This document shows positions 25,381 through 38,560 of a stretch of 64,000 bases of DNA, in pieces (position 1 is the first letter of the stretch; each line of letters begins with the position of its first letter). This stretch comes from Negaprion brevirostris (taxonomy: Eukaryota), in assembly GCA_030324005.1 (NCBI GenBank), contig JARDVH010000084.1, positions 38,597,800 to 38,661,799 on the forward strand, written 5' to 3'. The position numbers and the translations under genes were made by a program. The notes beneath the pieces were generated by a model. The model searched no databases. It saw only the letters and a list, made by a program, of their open reading frames with translations, and was not told the DNA's origin.

Positions 25381-26699
25381 GAATGCTTCAATCTGTTTGG
25401 CTGCTCAGCTTCCTGGCTGCCAGAGATCCCCTATAGATTGCACCAGAAAGAAAGTTGTGTTGTAATTGAGGACACTGATGCCACAGGACTCATGAAATCT
25501 CTGTGGGAAACTTTGAGGCCCTCAGTGAATGCGGCCCCTTTGCTACTGACTGCAAAACCAGTGTAATTTTCTTTTCCACCACCAGCCTCTGACTAAGGCA
25601 GATTGGTAAATCTGTATTGGATGGGAAATGTTGTTGGACATAAGGAAGATATCATAGAAAACATGTAATTTTCTGAAAAAATTAAATAATATCTGGAGAA
25701 AAAGGGCATGAAAATTTAAATTGATGGGTTTAACAAAAAAGTACAGCAGAAAATTCAGATCACAGAAATTTATCTAACCTAAACAGTAGGATAACAGATA
25801 AATGAAATCCTGAAAGCCAAGAGTGAAGGAAGAAACCATAATGTATTTTAAGCTGAATTACTGATTTGAACTACCATTAACAGAGCTTGTATAAAAGCAT
25901 TGCCTATCTCTTAATGGCAGTTTTACCGCAAATGATGCACAGAGATGACAGGAACAACACTGATGGAAAGTATTAATTTCAGTAGTTAAAAANNNNNNNN
26001 NNNNNNNNNNNNNNNNNNNNNNNNNNNNNNNNNNNNNNNNNNNNNNNNNNNNNNNNNNNNNNNNNNNNNNNNNNNNNNNNNNNNNNNNNNNNAAAAGATT
26101 GATATTAATTTTCACAAATGCACTATTGTTATTAGTAAAAGCCTTAATTTTGAAGCATTATTGTATAGCTGTGTTAACACCAAGCTGTGTGACAAATATA
26201 GATATTTCCAATGTATTAAAAGAGGAACTAATCTTTGTCTGTGTGCATATCTCAGCATTTTTAGTGTAGAAACACAAAACTTTGCAGTGATAATGAAAAT
26301 TTAGATTTAGATTTTCATTATAGAGATGCATTGTTTTATGGTTAACTATCCATGCTGCCACATGATGTTATCAAGGGTGCTATTGCTCAAGCAGTAGTTC
26401 CACTGTCTGGACTGCTCTGGAGGAGCAAGTTCTGCGTCACGGTTCATCAATGAGAACAGAATTTCATTGTACAACTGCTCTAAACTTTATCATTCCGGAA
26501 GTGTCCTTTTGTCTACAATAGTGAAACAAAAGCCACCACAAAAGGATCATTCCAAACCAACTTAATGAAAAAGGCCATAAAATATTCCATTGAAAACCCA
26601 ACTATTCACCCACATTCGTTCTCTTGCAACCTATGTCCTGTGTCTATTCTCGTGTTTCTACACAGTGTTCCTCTAGTGATTGCTAACTTGGTTTTGGAA

Positions 26700-28845
26700 G
26701 ATGACTTGCTTTCAGTGGGGCAGATTACAGATGGCCTTGCAGGATGACTTTGAACATCTCTGAACCTAGAAGACCTGACTTTGGACTATACCACATCATC
26801 ATATTCACCAGCAGTACAGACTACTTGACTGACAGGCAACAAGGGCACTGGCATCATGGCAGTGATGGGAGTACAACTGCTGTCAAACTGAGAGAGGACA
26901 ACAGGTTGTGTACAACAGGAACAGGGCAGTGCCTTCTCAATCCTAGTAATCTGTTGGAGGACAGATAATGGGATTGATGTAATACTTTGCAAGCCCTTTT
27001 GAGCACTGACTCATGATGCCAGTAGATGTGTTCATTGGCCACCACTTCCATACTGGGAAGGATGATCCCCAGGCTCTGCGCAAATTCCTGTGCTGAGTTG
27101 GAGACTGATTCCTCCATACTCTTTGGATGTGATATCAGGCTTTTTGGCAAGCTTTCCAATACACCAAGCATTTCCCTATGCATATTCATTAGCCTTTTCC
27201 TGTATGCTGCCTCATTGGCACCACATCATTGTCTTCTAAAAATGTTCTTGCCCTTCGGAGAGCTGGAGCATGCCTGGCACTTTTCCCTTCCTGACTGAAG
27301 ACCACTCATGCCCCATGGCACATTGTGAAAATTTTGTCTCTTTGATATGCACCACACAACATGCAGTGCCAGCATTTGAGCTGGTGGTGGCATGTGTGAG
27401 ATTGAATGATGGCATTTCATCAAACTCCTGCTTCTTTCAGACTTCATGCTCCCATGCCACTGACTAATCTGGGTGGTAGTTCTTTGGTATCTGAAAGAAA
27501 AAAGGCGCAAGGATAGGGTTGCATTGAGAGCTGGGGGCTGGGTAAGTAAGATGCATGCTTAGATCCTCTGCAACTTGCAAATCAAGAGACTGTGAGGTGA
27601 AGGGGAAGTGGGATGTCAAAGAGTGGATTATCTTCCTTGGCTTCAGCCTGCCCGCTGCTGTTCATAGCCTCAGTTGAGGCTGCACCAATTACTGCCATCA
27701 CCATCACATACATGGGATTCAGGAAATAAAGCTGCATCTATTCCTTACAGGTTAGTTATCCCTGCGTCTTGAGGTTACAAATCACCTAATCCTTGCAAGT
27801 GAGGGGAAAGTGTGTCAGTGAGTGTAATGCAATATGTTCAGATTTCTCTCATAGTAGAATGTGTGAAAGCGGAGAAATGTGAGTGTGAGGTTTTCAACAA
27901 GGCTAAGTAACTAAGGGTGAGGTGAGGCTAAGAATGTCAGATATGAGTCATGCTTGATAGAAAATGTTAGTAGGTGAATGCACAGAGGTTGGGTGAATGG
28001 AGCACTGTGTGAGGCTACTGGTTCATTTGTAAGGAAATGGCATTTGGAAATGCATTCACTGATCTTGACCCCTTGTCTCATGTCAATAAATTTCTTCTTG
28101 CACTAGATCCATATCCTCAGGACTAGATTGCTTGCATTAATAGTGACAACTATCTGTTTCCATTGCCTTCTCATTGTGTGTCTAANNNNNNNNNNNNNNN
28201 NNNNNNNNNNNNNNNNNNNNNNNNNNNNNNNNNNNNNNNNNNNNNNNNNNNNNNNNNNNNNNNNNNNNNNNNNNNNNNNNNNNNNTTGCCTTCTCATTGT
28301 GTGTCTAAAGAATCTCCTGCCCCCCCCCTTGTGTGTGGAGAACCTCTCTCCTCCTGCACCAAGGTTTCCAACTTGGCATCACAGAACCAATTGGAGCACA
28401 CTCTCTGATCTATTGCACTATTTTCACTTTTTTACCTGCTCAGAGTATCTTCCACAGTCTGATCCAGTACTTGCTGCAGCCAGAATGAACCATTCCTTTA
28501 AAAGGCGCAGGCTGGCATTAGGTGGTGTAGTTTAGCTTTAATTGGTACGAGCCTAGCAGAATGTAGGCCCCTTGTTGAGCCATGTGTTGGTGGTGGGGGT
28601 GGGGGCTGGGGGGTGTGGTCTCTGTGTGAGTGTGTTTTATATTGGAAAATGCACCCCAATTTCTGGCTTCTGAGCCATCATCTTCGACCGGCCCTGCCTT
28701 GCCAGCAGGACAGTGTGAGCCATACTTTTTTTTCACAGAGTGCTGCACGATGTAGCAAAAAAAGTCTGGCTGTGGGGCCTGTGTGCTGCATGCCAGTTTT
28801 CTTGTCTCAGCCAGAGTTCCATGCAGAGAATGGAATATTCTGCCC
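26700..28845 (-). mobile_element. Harbinger-related element remnant with a Myb/SANT-like domain
   Basis: The minus strand at about 28070-28185 reads MRRQWKQIVVTINASNLVLRIWI*CKKKFIDM. It ends in the GGGCAGAAT-type terminus (about 28837-28845) shared by MITEs in this window. Confidence 0.6.
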
Positions 28846-28849
28846 ATTG

Positions 28850-29390
28850 TATGCAATTATAATCTCCATATTTGAGGAAGGATATACTTGCATCAGAGAC
28901 AATGTAGCTGGTGAAGGTTCTCTAGATTTGTCTCTGAGAGGAAGGCGTTGTCTTATAATGAGGGGCTGAGTAAGTTGGGGGTTTTTTTGGAGTTAGAGAT
29001 TAAGAGAAGAATAAGAGGTGATCTCATTGAAACAAACAAATTTCAAAAGGGGCTTGGCAAGGTAGAAACTGCTGGTTGGGGAATCCTAAACATGGTATTA
29101 CAGTCAGGATAAGGGGATGATTCCTTAAGGCTGAGATGAAGATAAATTTATTGACTCAAAGGGTTATGAGTCTATCTTTGGAATTCTTTATCCGAGAAGA
29201 TTGTGAATGCTCCATAGTTAAATACGTTTAAGGCTAGGTTAGACAGGTTTTAGGTCTTTTGGGGAATGAAGAGATATAGGGAATGAATAGTAAAATGGAG
29301 TTGAAGCCCAAGATCAGCCATGATTGTATTGAATGGCAGTGAAGGTTTGGTGGGATGCATGCTCTACTTCTTTTACATCTCTTGTGTTCT
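28850..29390 (+). mobile_element. Degenerate CR1 LINE 3' fragment
   Basis: RGDLIET-type motif at about 29013 (agaggtgatctcattgaaac) and a CR1 3' tail. Confidence 0.65.
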
Positions 29391-29689
29391 TTGGTGGGCC
29401 TACCTGCACCAGATGGACTGCAACGGTTCAAGAAGGTGGCTCAGCACAATTCTCCAGGGCAATTAAGGATGGGTAACAAATGCTGACCTAGCTATCGATA
29501 CTCACATCCCATGAGAAACATAAAAACAGTTACCTGGCATGATAAGTAGATGTGATGGCAAGAAGTAATAATTATTTTATGAAATTATTGGAATCGATTG
29601 TAGTAATAATTGACTGATTACACAGCCTTCAAAGACCATTTTTTTACATTTGTGTAGCTTAGTAGACTGAGTTACTGAAATGTTAAAGT

Positions 29690-29995
29690 ACAAGATTTCC
29701 ATGCTGCCAAGTTTTTACCGTTAAGCTAGTCTGAATTGCTCGCATTGGCCCTTATCCCTCTACAACCAATCTTACCCATGTGACTGTCTAAATGCTTTTT
29801 AAAAGACAAAATTGTACCCACCTGTACTACCTCTGGCGGCTCGTTCCAAATACTCACCACTTCTGTGTGAAAAAATTGCCCCTCTGGACCTTTTTGTATG
29901 TCTCCCATCTCACCTTAAACCTATGCCCTTTAGTTTTAGAATCCCCTACCTTTGTGAAAAGATGTTGACTATCTACCTTATCTATGCCCCTCATT
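29690..29995 (-). mobile_element. CR1 LINE 3' fragment
   Basis: Near-identical to about 31170-31455 (FFHTEVVSIWNEPPEVV...FKKHLD). Confidence 0.75.
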
Positions 29996-30306
29996 TGGAA
30001 ATGTAGGTTTTCATAAGGCAGATGGGGGAAAATGACAGAGCAGACATGGCAGAAGGAGTTTTATTTCACCTCAACCTTGATTTATTGAAAGCAACGTGAA
30101 ATAAGTTGTTGCTTCCTTCCTCTAGCAACAGACTGGTAACTCTCCTGCTCCAGCTCTTTACCTCCAGTGCAATCTTTTCCTGATGTGGGGCTGGAGAACC
30201 AACTCTCTCTTCTTCAAAATCCTTCAGCTTCAGAAAGGAGAAATCGTTTCTGAATTATTACAACCACGTTGTAAGCTGTATTAATTCTGCAGAGTCTTAC
30301 TGAGTT

Positions 30307-30691
30307 CCAGAATTTAATTCTTCAGGATCTGTTATCTGCGTTGATGCAGGAGAGAGTGGCAATGTTTGACACAGGTACTGCAATATGTAACTATCTTATT
30401 CTGCTCTCACAGCTTGGGTGACTGTGCAGCAAGAGGCTAGAATACTTAGTCAAACTATCCTCTGGACAATGGCTTCAAAGACGTAAAAGATTATAATTAA
30501 GGGATAATGTTGTGACTTCATGTTCCAAGAAGTGAGCTAATACAGTGGGAGCACCTGTAAGAAATTATAAATGATGTTTTGCTGTTAATGGCATGCAATA
30601 AGTGAATGGAATGCCACGCCTTCCACACCTTCAAATTTGCCAGAATTTAATTCTTCAGGATCTGTTATCTGCGTTGATGCAGGAGAGAGTG
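30307..30691 (+). repeat. Perfect 52-bp direct repeat (30307-30358 and 30640-30691)
   Basis: ccagaatttaattcttcaggatctgttatctgcgttgatgcaggagagagtg occurs twice, 333 bp apart. Confidence 0.9.
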
Positions 30692-31110
30692 CCAGTATCC
30701 TCTGCTGTTGAAAATGATCAGTTACACCCAACTGTCACGTTTCCTTTCATGTGGCCATGCACTGTCCTGACCTTGAAAGTGTGCAGAAAATATATTTATA
30801 TAGGAACTCCCTGAGCAGCCTTAAACACCCTGTCATTGGAGCACATCCATCCTGGGGTATCATTCAATTACATTAATTAAGCTGATGGTTGTACTCAATA
30901 TAAATGGAGCTTGCAATTGCTACATAAAAGCTCATTGCTCTGCCTCCTGCAACTCTTCCTTCAGCTTTTGTTGCATGCAAGAGTTCTGTGTAAGGAGGAA
31001 AATGCAGATACTCTGGGAACCACCTGCCACGGATGAAGAGCAACCACAATCAAAACAACCTGTGATGATATTGCCACCTCTCTAAAATCCCAAAGAACAT
31101 TTCTCCACTT

Positions 31111-32045
31111 AGAGTCACACAGTCATAGAGATTTACAGCAAGGAAACAAGCCCTTCAGCCCAACTTGTCCATGCCGCCCAGTTTTTACCATTAAGCTGGT
31201 CCCAATTGCCCGCGTTTGGCCCATATCCCTCTACACCAATCTTACCCATGTAACTTTCTAAATGCTTTTTAAAAGACAAAATTGTGCCCACTTGTACTAC
31301 CTCCAGTGGCTTGTTCCTGATACTCATCACTTCCGTGTGAAAAAATTGCACCTCTGGACCTTTTTGTATCTCTCCCCTCTCACCTTAAACCTATGCCTTA
31401 GATTCTCCTACCTTTGTGAAAAGATGTTGACTATCTACCTTATCTATGCCCCTCATTATTTTATAGACCTCTATAAGATCACTCCTAAGCCTCCTAAGCT
31501 CCACATGAAGAAGTCCCAATCTATCCAGCTTCTCCTTATAACTCAAATCATCAAATCCTGGTAGCATCCTTGTAAATCTTTTCTGCACTCTTTCTAGTTT
31601 AATAATATCTTTTGCATAATAGGGTGACCAGAACTGTACACAGTATTCCAAGTGTCTTGTACAACTTCAACAAGCCATTCCAGCTCCTGTATTCAATGTT
31701 CTGACCAATGAAACCAACCATGCCATATGCTTTCTTCATCACCCTGTCCTCCTGTGACTCCACTTTCAAGGAGCTACGAACCTATACCCCTAGATCTCTT
31801 TGTTCCAAGACACTCCTCAATGTCCTACCGTTAACTGAGTAAGTCCTGCCCTGGTTCAGTTGACCAAAATGCATCACCTTGCATTTATCGAAACTAAACT
31901 CCGTCTGCCGTTCATCAGCACACTGGCCTAATTGATCAAGATTCCATTGCAATCTTAAGTAACCTTTTTCACTGTCCACTATGCCACCAACCTCGGTGTC
32001 ATCTGCTAAACTTTCTAATCGTGCCTCCTAAATTCTCATCCAAAT
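31111..32045 (-). mobile_element. CR1 LINE, 5'-truncated ORF2 fragment
   Basis: KFSR*HRGW (degenerate FADD region), KCKVMHFG, RDLGV, EYCVQFWSPYY, LERVQKRFTRMLPG and RLRSDLIEVYKIM motifs. Confidence 0.9.
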
Positions 32046-32549
32046 TTTGTCACCAAATCCAACTTACCTGAAGGACTACATGGTCCAGATTCACTACTAC
32101 TACCGCTAACCGAGATAGGGCAGCTACATTTGCAGAGATGTGGCTTTGGCTCTGGAAAAGAACAACCCTTCTTCTATGCATGTCTTACAGGAGAACTTCC
32201 TGGGCAAAGTTAATGAAAGGTTAATTTTGTCTTTATTTTACCTTTGAAACATTTCCCGATCTTCCAATCTTCTGCCTAATGGTATCCTACTTAAGAATCA
32301 CTTCCAATCATTTAAAAGCTACCTGTAGCTCTGATTTTGAGATTTAGACACTACCCAACTGCCCTGACAATCTTTGCATATTTACAAGATGCATTGAGCC
32401 TAAGTAGGGAAATAAGTTGACATGATTCTAGAGTACTCTGCACACGACTACAATTTAATCCTCAGGATAAAATCTTAAATTTGACTGTGTGAAAGCTGAT
32501 TATACAACCACTACAAACCTGGTGGTAGATAAAATTATTAAACTCCTTT

Positions 32550-34578
32550 GAAATCCATCAAAGAAAGTCATGCAATGTTGGTCTGAGGAATCAGATGATC
32601 TCCTACAGGACTGCTTGGAGTCAGTGGACTGGTCAGTATTTAAAAATGCTGCAACCAACCTGAATGAGTATACCACTACAGTAACTGACTTCATTAGCAA
32701 GTGTGTAAAATACTGTGTGCCAAAGAAACAAATCTGCTTGTTTCCCAACAGGAAACTATGGATGAACAGGGATATCCATGGATGAAACCATGGATGAAAG
32801 TGATATCTACTGCTTGCTGAAATCTAGGTCTGAAGTGTTCAAGTCAGATGACCCTGAGCTATACAAGAAAGGAAGATACGATCTAAGGAAATCCATAAAA
32901 GATGCCAAAAGATAGTACTGGACCAAGCTAGAGTCCCAGGTTAGCCACACAGACCACCACCAACTATGGCAAAGTCTGCAAGGCATAACAGGCTACAAGA
33001 TGAAGGTATGTAAAATCGCCAGCTCCAACGCACCCTCCCTGATGAGCTCAATTCATTCTGCGCCCGTTTTGAGCAAGAGGTCAGCGAGAACATGCCCTCC
33101 ACCCTGGAAGCTTTGGATGAACTTGTAACTGAGCTCACCTTTGCAGATGTCAGAGCAGCTTTCTCGAAGGTCAACCCATGGAAAGCACTGGCCCGGATGG
33201 GGTACCCAGACAGCACTCAGATCCTGCATGTATCAGCTGGTGAGGTATTCACAGACATCATCAACATCTCTTTACAACAATCTGAGATCCCTATCTGCTT
33301 CAAGAAGATGAGTATCATCCTGGTACCAAAGAAAAACTATGCAGCATGCCTTAATGATTATCGGCCAGTGGCTCTGACATCCATCATTATGAAGTGCTTT
33401 GAAAAGCTAGTCATGGCACAAATAAATTCCAGTCTTCCGGACTATCTGAATCCACTACAGTTTGTTTACCACTGCAACAGGTCCACAGCAGAAGTCATCT
33501 CCCTGGCTCTGCATTCAACCCTGGAACACCTAGATAACAAGGACACCTATGTCAGACTCCTATTTATTGACTACAGCTCAGCCTTCAACTCTATTATTTC
33601 CACGAAACTCATCTCTACGCTCCGTGGCCTGGGTCTCGGCATCTCCCTCTGCGACTGGATCCTGAACTTCCTAACTCACAAACCATAATCAATAAGGATA
33701 GGCAACAACACCTCCCTCCACGATCATCCTCAGCACTGGTGCCCCAGAAGGCTGTGTTCTCAGCACCCTACTGTATTCCTTTTATAGCTATGATTATGCG
33801 GCCAAATTCCCCTCCAATTTGATTTTCAAGTTTGCTGCAAGTTTGTATCTCAAACAACGACAAGACAGAGTACAGAAATGAGATGGAGAATCTGGTGAAC
33901 TGGTGTGGCAACAATAATCTCTCCCTCAGTGTCAACAAAACAAAGGAGATTGTCATCAACTTCAGGAAGCGTAAAGGAGAACATGCCCCTGTCTATATCA
34001 ATGGGGACGAAGTACAAAGGGCCCAGAGTTTCAAGTTTTTAGGTGTCCAGATCACCAACAACCTGTCCTAGTCCCATCATGCTTATAGTTAAGAAAGCTC
34101 ACCAATGCCACTATTTTCTCAGAAAACTAAGGAAATTTGGCTTGTCAGCTATGACTCTCACCAACTTTTACAGATGCACCATAGAAAACATTCTTTCTGG
34201 TTGTATCACAGCTTGGTATNNNNNNNNNNNNNNNNNAGCCAGCATAATTAAGGACCCCATGCACCCTGAACATTCTCTCTTCCACCTTCTTTTGTCAGGA
34301 AAAAGATATGAAAGTCTGAGGTCAAGTACCAACCAACTCAAGAACAAGTTCTTCCCTGCTGCTGTCAGACTTTTGAACAGACTTATTTTGCATTAAGTTG
34401 CTTTTTCTTTATACCTCAGCTATGACTGTATCGTCACATTCTACATTCTTTTGTTTCCTTCCCTCTGACCGGTATGCTCTGTCTGTATAGCATGCAAGAA
34501 CAATACTTTTCACTTTATGCTAATTAATGTGACAATAATAAATCAAACTAAATCAAATAAAATCAAGTCAAATCAAAT
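32550..34578 (+). mobile_element. Rex1/Babar-clade LINE, 5'-truncated, frameshifted reverse transcriptase
   Basis: LQDCLESVDWSVF, CLNDYRPVALTSIIMKCFEKLV, YVRLLFIDYSSAFN, LSVNKTKEIVINFRK, FYRCTIENILSGCITAWY; (AAATC)n tail. Confidence 0.9.
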
Positions 34579-37047
34579 GAAAACACCATCTGAAATTCTG
34601 CCATAGAATTTGCCCACACCTGACCACCATCAACATGGAAGAGGCCACAAGACAGACCCAAGACAAAATGGGACAACTTGAAAGTTCTCCTCATAGTACA
34701 AGTGAAGGGCTTGAACAATAACAATTGGAAAAAGCCGCCTCTCACTGTTCGTCCCTGAAGGTAGCTCAGCTCAGTGTTATTCCAAGTATCAAATTGTTAC
34801 TTTATTATGCTGTGCACCTATAAATCACAAATAATAATAAATGAAAAGAACAGTTATTTCAATAGTATTTTCCAGCTCTAAGTCCCTTTGTACTGAACTA
34901 CTTTGTTTTCTTTGCATCGTAAAAAAGCTTTCCTTCGGAATCAGGTCTGCTTCTATATAACCAAATTCCTTTCACAAACTTTTGATTTTTCAAGAACAAC
35001 TTTGGTTTGAATTATTTGTTTTTATTTTCTCAATTGATTGCTCCAGGCAATTTAGCAATGACTCAGCAAAGTAAAACAATTCTTCCAAGGGAAGGATTTG
35101 CATGGTAAACTTCAGAAGCGTTTCTGGGATGATTGTTTTGAAAGCACAGAATATTAATCAAAAGAGGCAGAACGGCTGTGTTATTTCAATTCAAGGAGGC
35201 TTCTCATGCATCCTAACTTTTCAAAGAAGTGAGAGCTAATTTCTCCAAATGATGGCAAAGAGCTCCACTACACCAATGCTATTTTAAAATATTAAAAGGT
35301 AACATCTTCATGATTCACAACTGCTTGTTGAATAAAGTTTCAACAGTACAAGCTCTATGCAATATTCTAGTTTTCTTATAGATGTGAACCTAGAGAAAAA
35401 AATTGCTGTCAAACTATTAAATGTAGCCAAAGTGCAACAAGCAAAAAAGACCAGTGATTGTATCAAAATGCTGATCTCTAAGTTGACATTATATCACAGA
35501 TACTGCTACTGATTTGGTATGAGTATCTGCTTCGAACAATTCAAAACCTGCAGATCTGAAATGTACTGCTTATCTTGCAGCAGTCCTTGCTGAGGAAAAT
35601 ATGAACATGTGTAAGACTTACACCTAAATACTGATTATGCTTTACTAGCAAAGCTAAATGGACAGTGAGATAGTGCCAGGAAAAATGATTACTTTTCTAG
35701 GGAACCTCTTAGGAATTTTTTTTTGTTGCACACAACAGTTGGTTTTAAGACAGCTTCCTAAAAAATGTCCTTTTCAAAGTGGTGTCACCAACCCACACAC
35801 TCCAAATTCATATAGGCAATTACACATGACAGCTACATTTCACAATTTGCACTGATGTACCTGAAAGAGCTTCACTGCAGCCCAAAGAGGCTGTCACCTA
35901 TCCCAATCTTTAGATTTGCTTCTCAGAGCATTTTCAGAGAGTTACTTTAAGTGTTATGTTTTAAAGTATGGTATATTCATNNNNNNNNNNGGTCTGGCAT
36001 TTCTTGGAGTCAGTTTGGATTTGGTCTGGCGATGTGACTAAAGGTATTATAAAATACATATCCGATGTCTCTTTACAGAAATAAGTTTAAGATATTAAAT
36101 AATTAAGATGCTAATAAGATAGCTTTAATACTTCCTCATAAGTTGTAAATAATAAGCAATTCGCTAGCTTATTTCAGTAATTGCTGAACATCTCATATCA
36201 ATTGTATTGAAAAGTCATTGAGATCCTTTTTAGGATCGCAACAGAGGGCAAGGTAAAAGATAAAAACAGTCAAGAGCCTTTTGTAATCAGAAAACTGTTC
36301 AATTGTGTTTTAGACGAGAAAGCTACAAAAGCTTCTGAGACTAAGTAGTGAGAAATACTGGGGTAGTCAGAAGTTATCTAATTTATGTCAATATCACTAA
36401 AGAGATGCAAGGATCCGTGTTATTACAATTCAAGGAAGCCTTCATCCTATGAAGTAAGGAAGCTTTTTTTTCTTTTTTGTAAGATTTAGGACTGTTTGAA
36501 TTATGTGATATCAAGTATTACTGTCATTCTGCACAGTTGCCTTACTGTGAATAAATAAGTTTATCAATTCACATCAAGTCCCATCTTACCAAATCTGTAC
36601 TCAATTCACCTACAGAGAGTTTGAAGCAGTACTGTTTAAATATTCAGTTCAGATTTCAAGAAGGTCTGAGTATTAAATACTGCAATATCCTACAGGCAGG
36701 TGTAGGCAGTGTGAATCAACTCTCACAAAGACAATCAGACCACTTACAGAACAGCAGACATGATTGAACCCAAAAAGCTAACTTTGGCAGACTTAAATTT
36801 CCATCAAGTTTGATAAAGGTCAGAGTATTTTTTAGGCACAGTCTTCTAGACTTCTAGGAAGGCATAAAGAGAAATTGTCATGATATTTCATTCATTATAA
36901 TGGACTCACACAAAGAAAATTTACCCTTTAATCATTTATTGTAATGCTAAAATATTGCAGGTTGCCAATAACCTGGAAAAGAAAAATCAGATTGGAAGTT
37001 GCAGCTTGATAGAACTTAACATGAGAAAATCTTATCAAGATTGGCGA

Positions 37048-37385
37048 GGCAGTGGCACAGTGTTATTGTCATTGGATTATACCCAGAGCGAGATCTGGGG
37101 ACCATGGTTCAAATTGTGTCACAACGGGTGGTGTCATTTGAATTCAATAAAAATCTGGAATTAAAAGTCATGATGAAAGTATTGTGGATCATCATAAAAA
37201 CCCATCTGGTTCACTAATGTCCTTTAGGGAAGGAAATCAGCTGTTCTTATTTGGTCTGACCTAAATGTCACTCCAGACCCACAGCATTGTGGTTAACTCT
37301 CAAATGCCCTCTGAAATGGAGAGCAGTTAGGGATGGACAATAAATGCTGGTCCAGCCTGTGACATTCACAACCCGGAAAAAAACT
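37048..37385 (+). mobile_element. Second tRNA-derived SINE family (3' tail shared with the LINE at 49330-50520)
   Basis: A-box-like gtggcacagtg, B-box-like ggttcaaat, core cccatctggttcactaatgtcctttagggaaggaaatc, tail agggatggacaataaatgctgg. A reverse copy lies at 41655-41990. Confidence 0.75.
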
Positions 37386-37947
37386 TCTTTAAAAATGACA
37401 TTAGCAATGGCTGGACATGTTGTGTCATCATCTAGTAGCCCCCAGCTAAATTAGAATCTGATTGCACGGAGACTTAAACTCACGTATTTTGCCTCCCACC
37501 CCAATGAAGAGTACTCACCATTGTATCAAATGGTTCTTATTATCCACACGAGCCACCCACTGGTCATTCTGACTGAGGTTGTGATGATTCATATTAAATT
37601 CAAGTAATTGTCACCATTCATCATTGTCACCTTTCTTGTCATAGGGTGGGGTTTTCCAGCCCCACTTGCCGCCGGGAAAGTCAATGGAACTTTGGCCAGC
37701 CTGCCACATCCCCCACCATGGGTTCTGCCTTGGTGAAGCCAGGAAATCCCAACCTATAAACTTTTCAATATGATCAACTGAATACAGAACAGAAGAATCA
37801 TCCCACATCTGCCCAGCATAAGAATTCACAAATATCTTTAAAATGGTCCATTAATTGGCCTCAATACACCTTTTTGTTAAGAAAGACATTTTTTAACATG
37901 GCATTAGTTCAAGTGATGCTTGAATGTTGATCATATCTCCACAATGG

Positions 37948-38330
37948 AGGGCAGCATGGTGGCACAGTGGTTAACACTGCTGCCTCACAGCGCTAGGGAC
38001 CCAGGTTCGAGTCCTGGCTCAGGTCATTGTCTGTGTAGAGTCTGCATATTCTCCCCATGTCTGCATAGGTTTCCTCTGAGTGCTCCAGTTTCCTCCCACA
38101 GTCCGAAGGATNNNNNNNNNNNNNNNNNNNNNNNNNNNNNNNNNNNNNNNNNNNNNNNNNNNNNNNNNNNNNNNNNNNNNNNNNNNNNNNNNNNNNNNNN
38201 NNNNNNNNNNNCATGCTAAATTCTCCCTCTGTGTACCCAAACAGGCGCTGGAGTGTGGTGACTAGAGGATTTTCACAGTAACTTCATTGCAGTATTAATG
38301 AAAGGCTACTTATGGCAATAATAAATAAAC
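37948..38330 (+). mobile_element. V-SINE with alternative 3' tail (spans gap)
   Basis: HE1-type head and V-domain but tail ggattttcacagtaacttcattgcagtattaatg...aataaataaac. Confidence 0.8.
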
Positions 38331-38560
38331 TTCAAACTTTAAACCTGTCCACAGAAACAGTCACCTATCAAGGCATTACAGTAAAATCTACTCGTTGTCC
38401 CACCCAATTGAGGTAGTACTGCAATGACACTGTAAGTGGCACTGGCCAGGTTCCTGCACAAGCTGTGCACAGCCATACAAAACTGTGCAGTGACTGCGCA
38501 CTGTAAAATAAACTATTGTAGTGCCAGATTCCCTAACTCCAGTTTATGGGGCATGGATTC

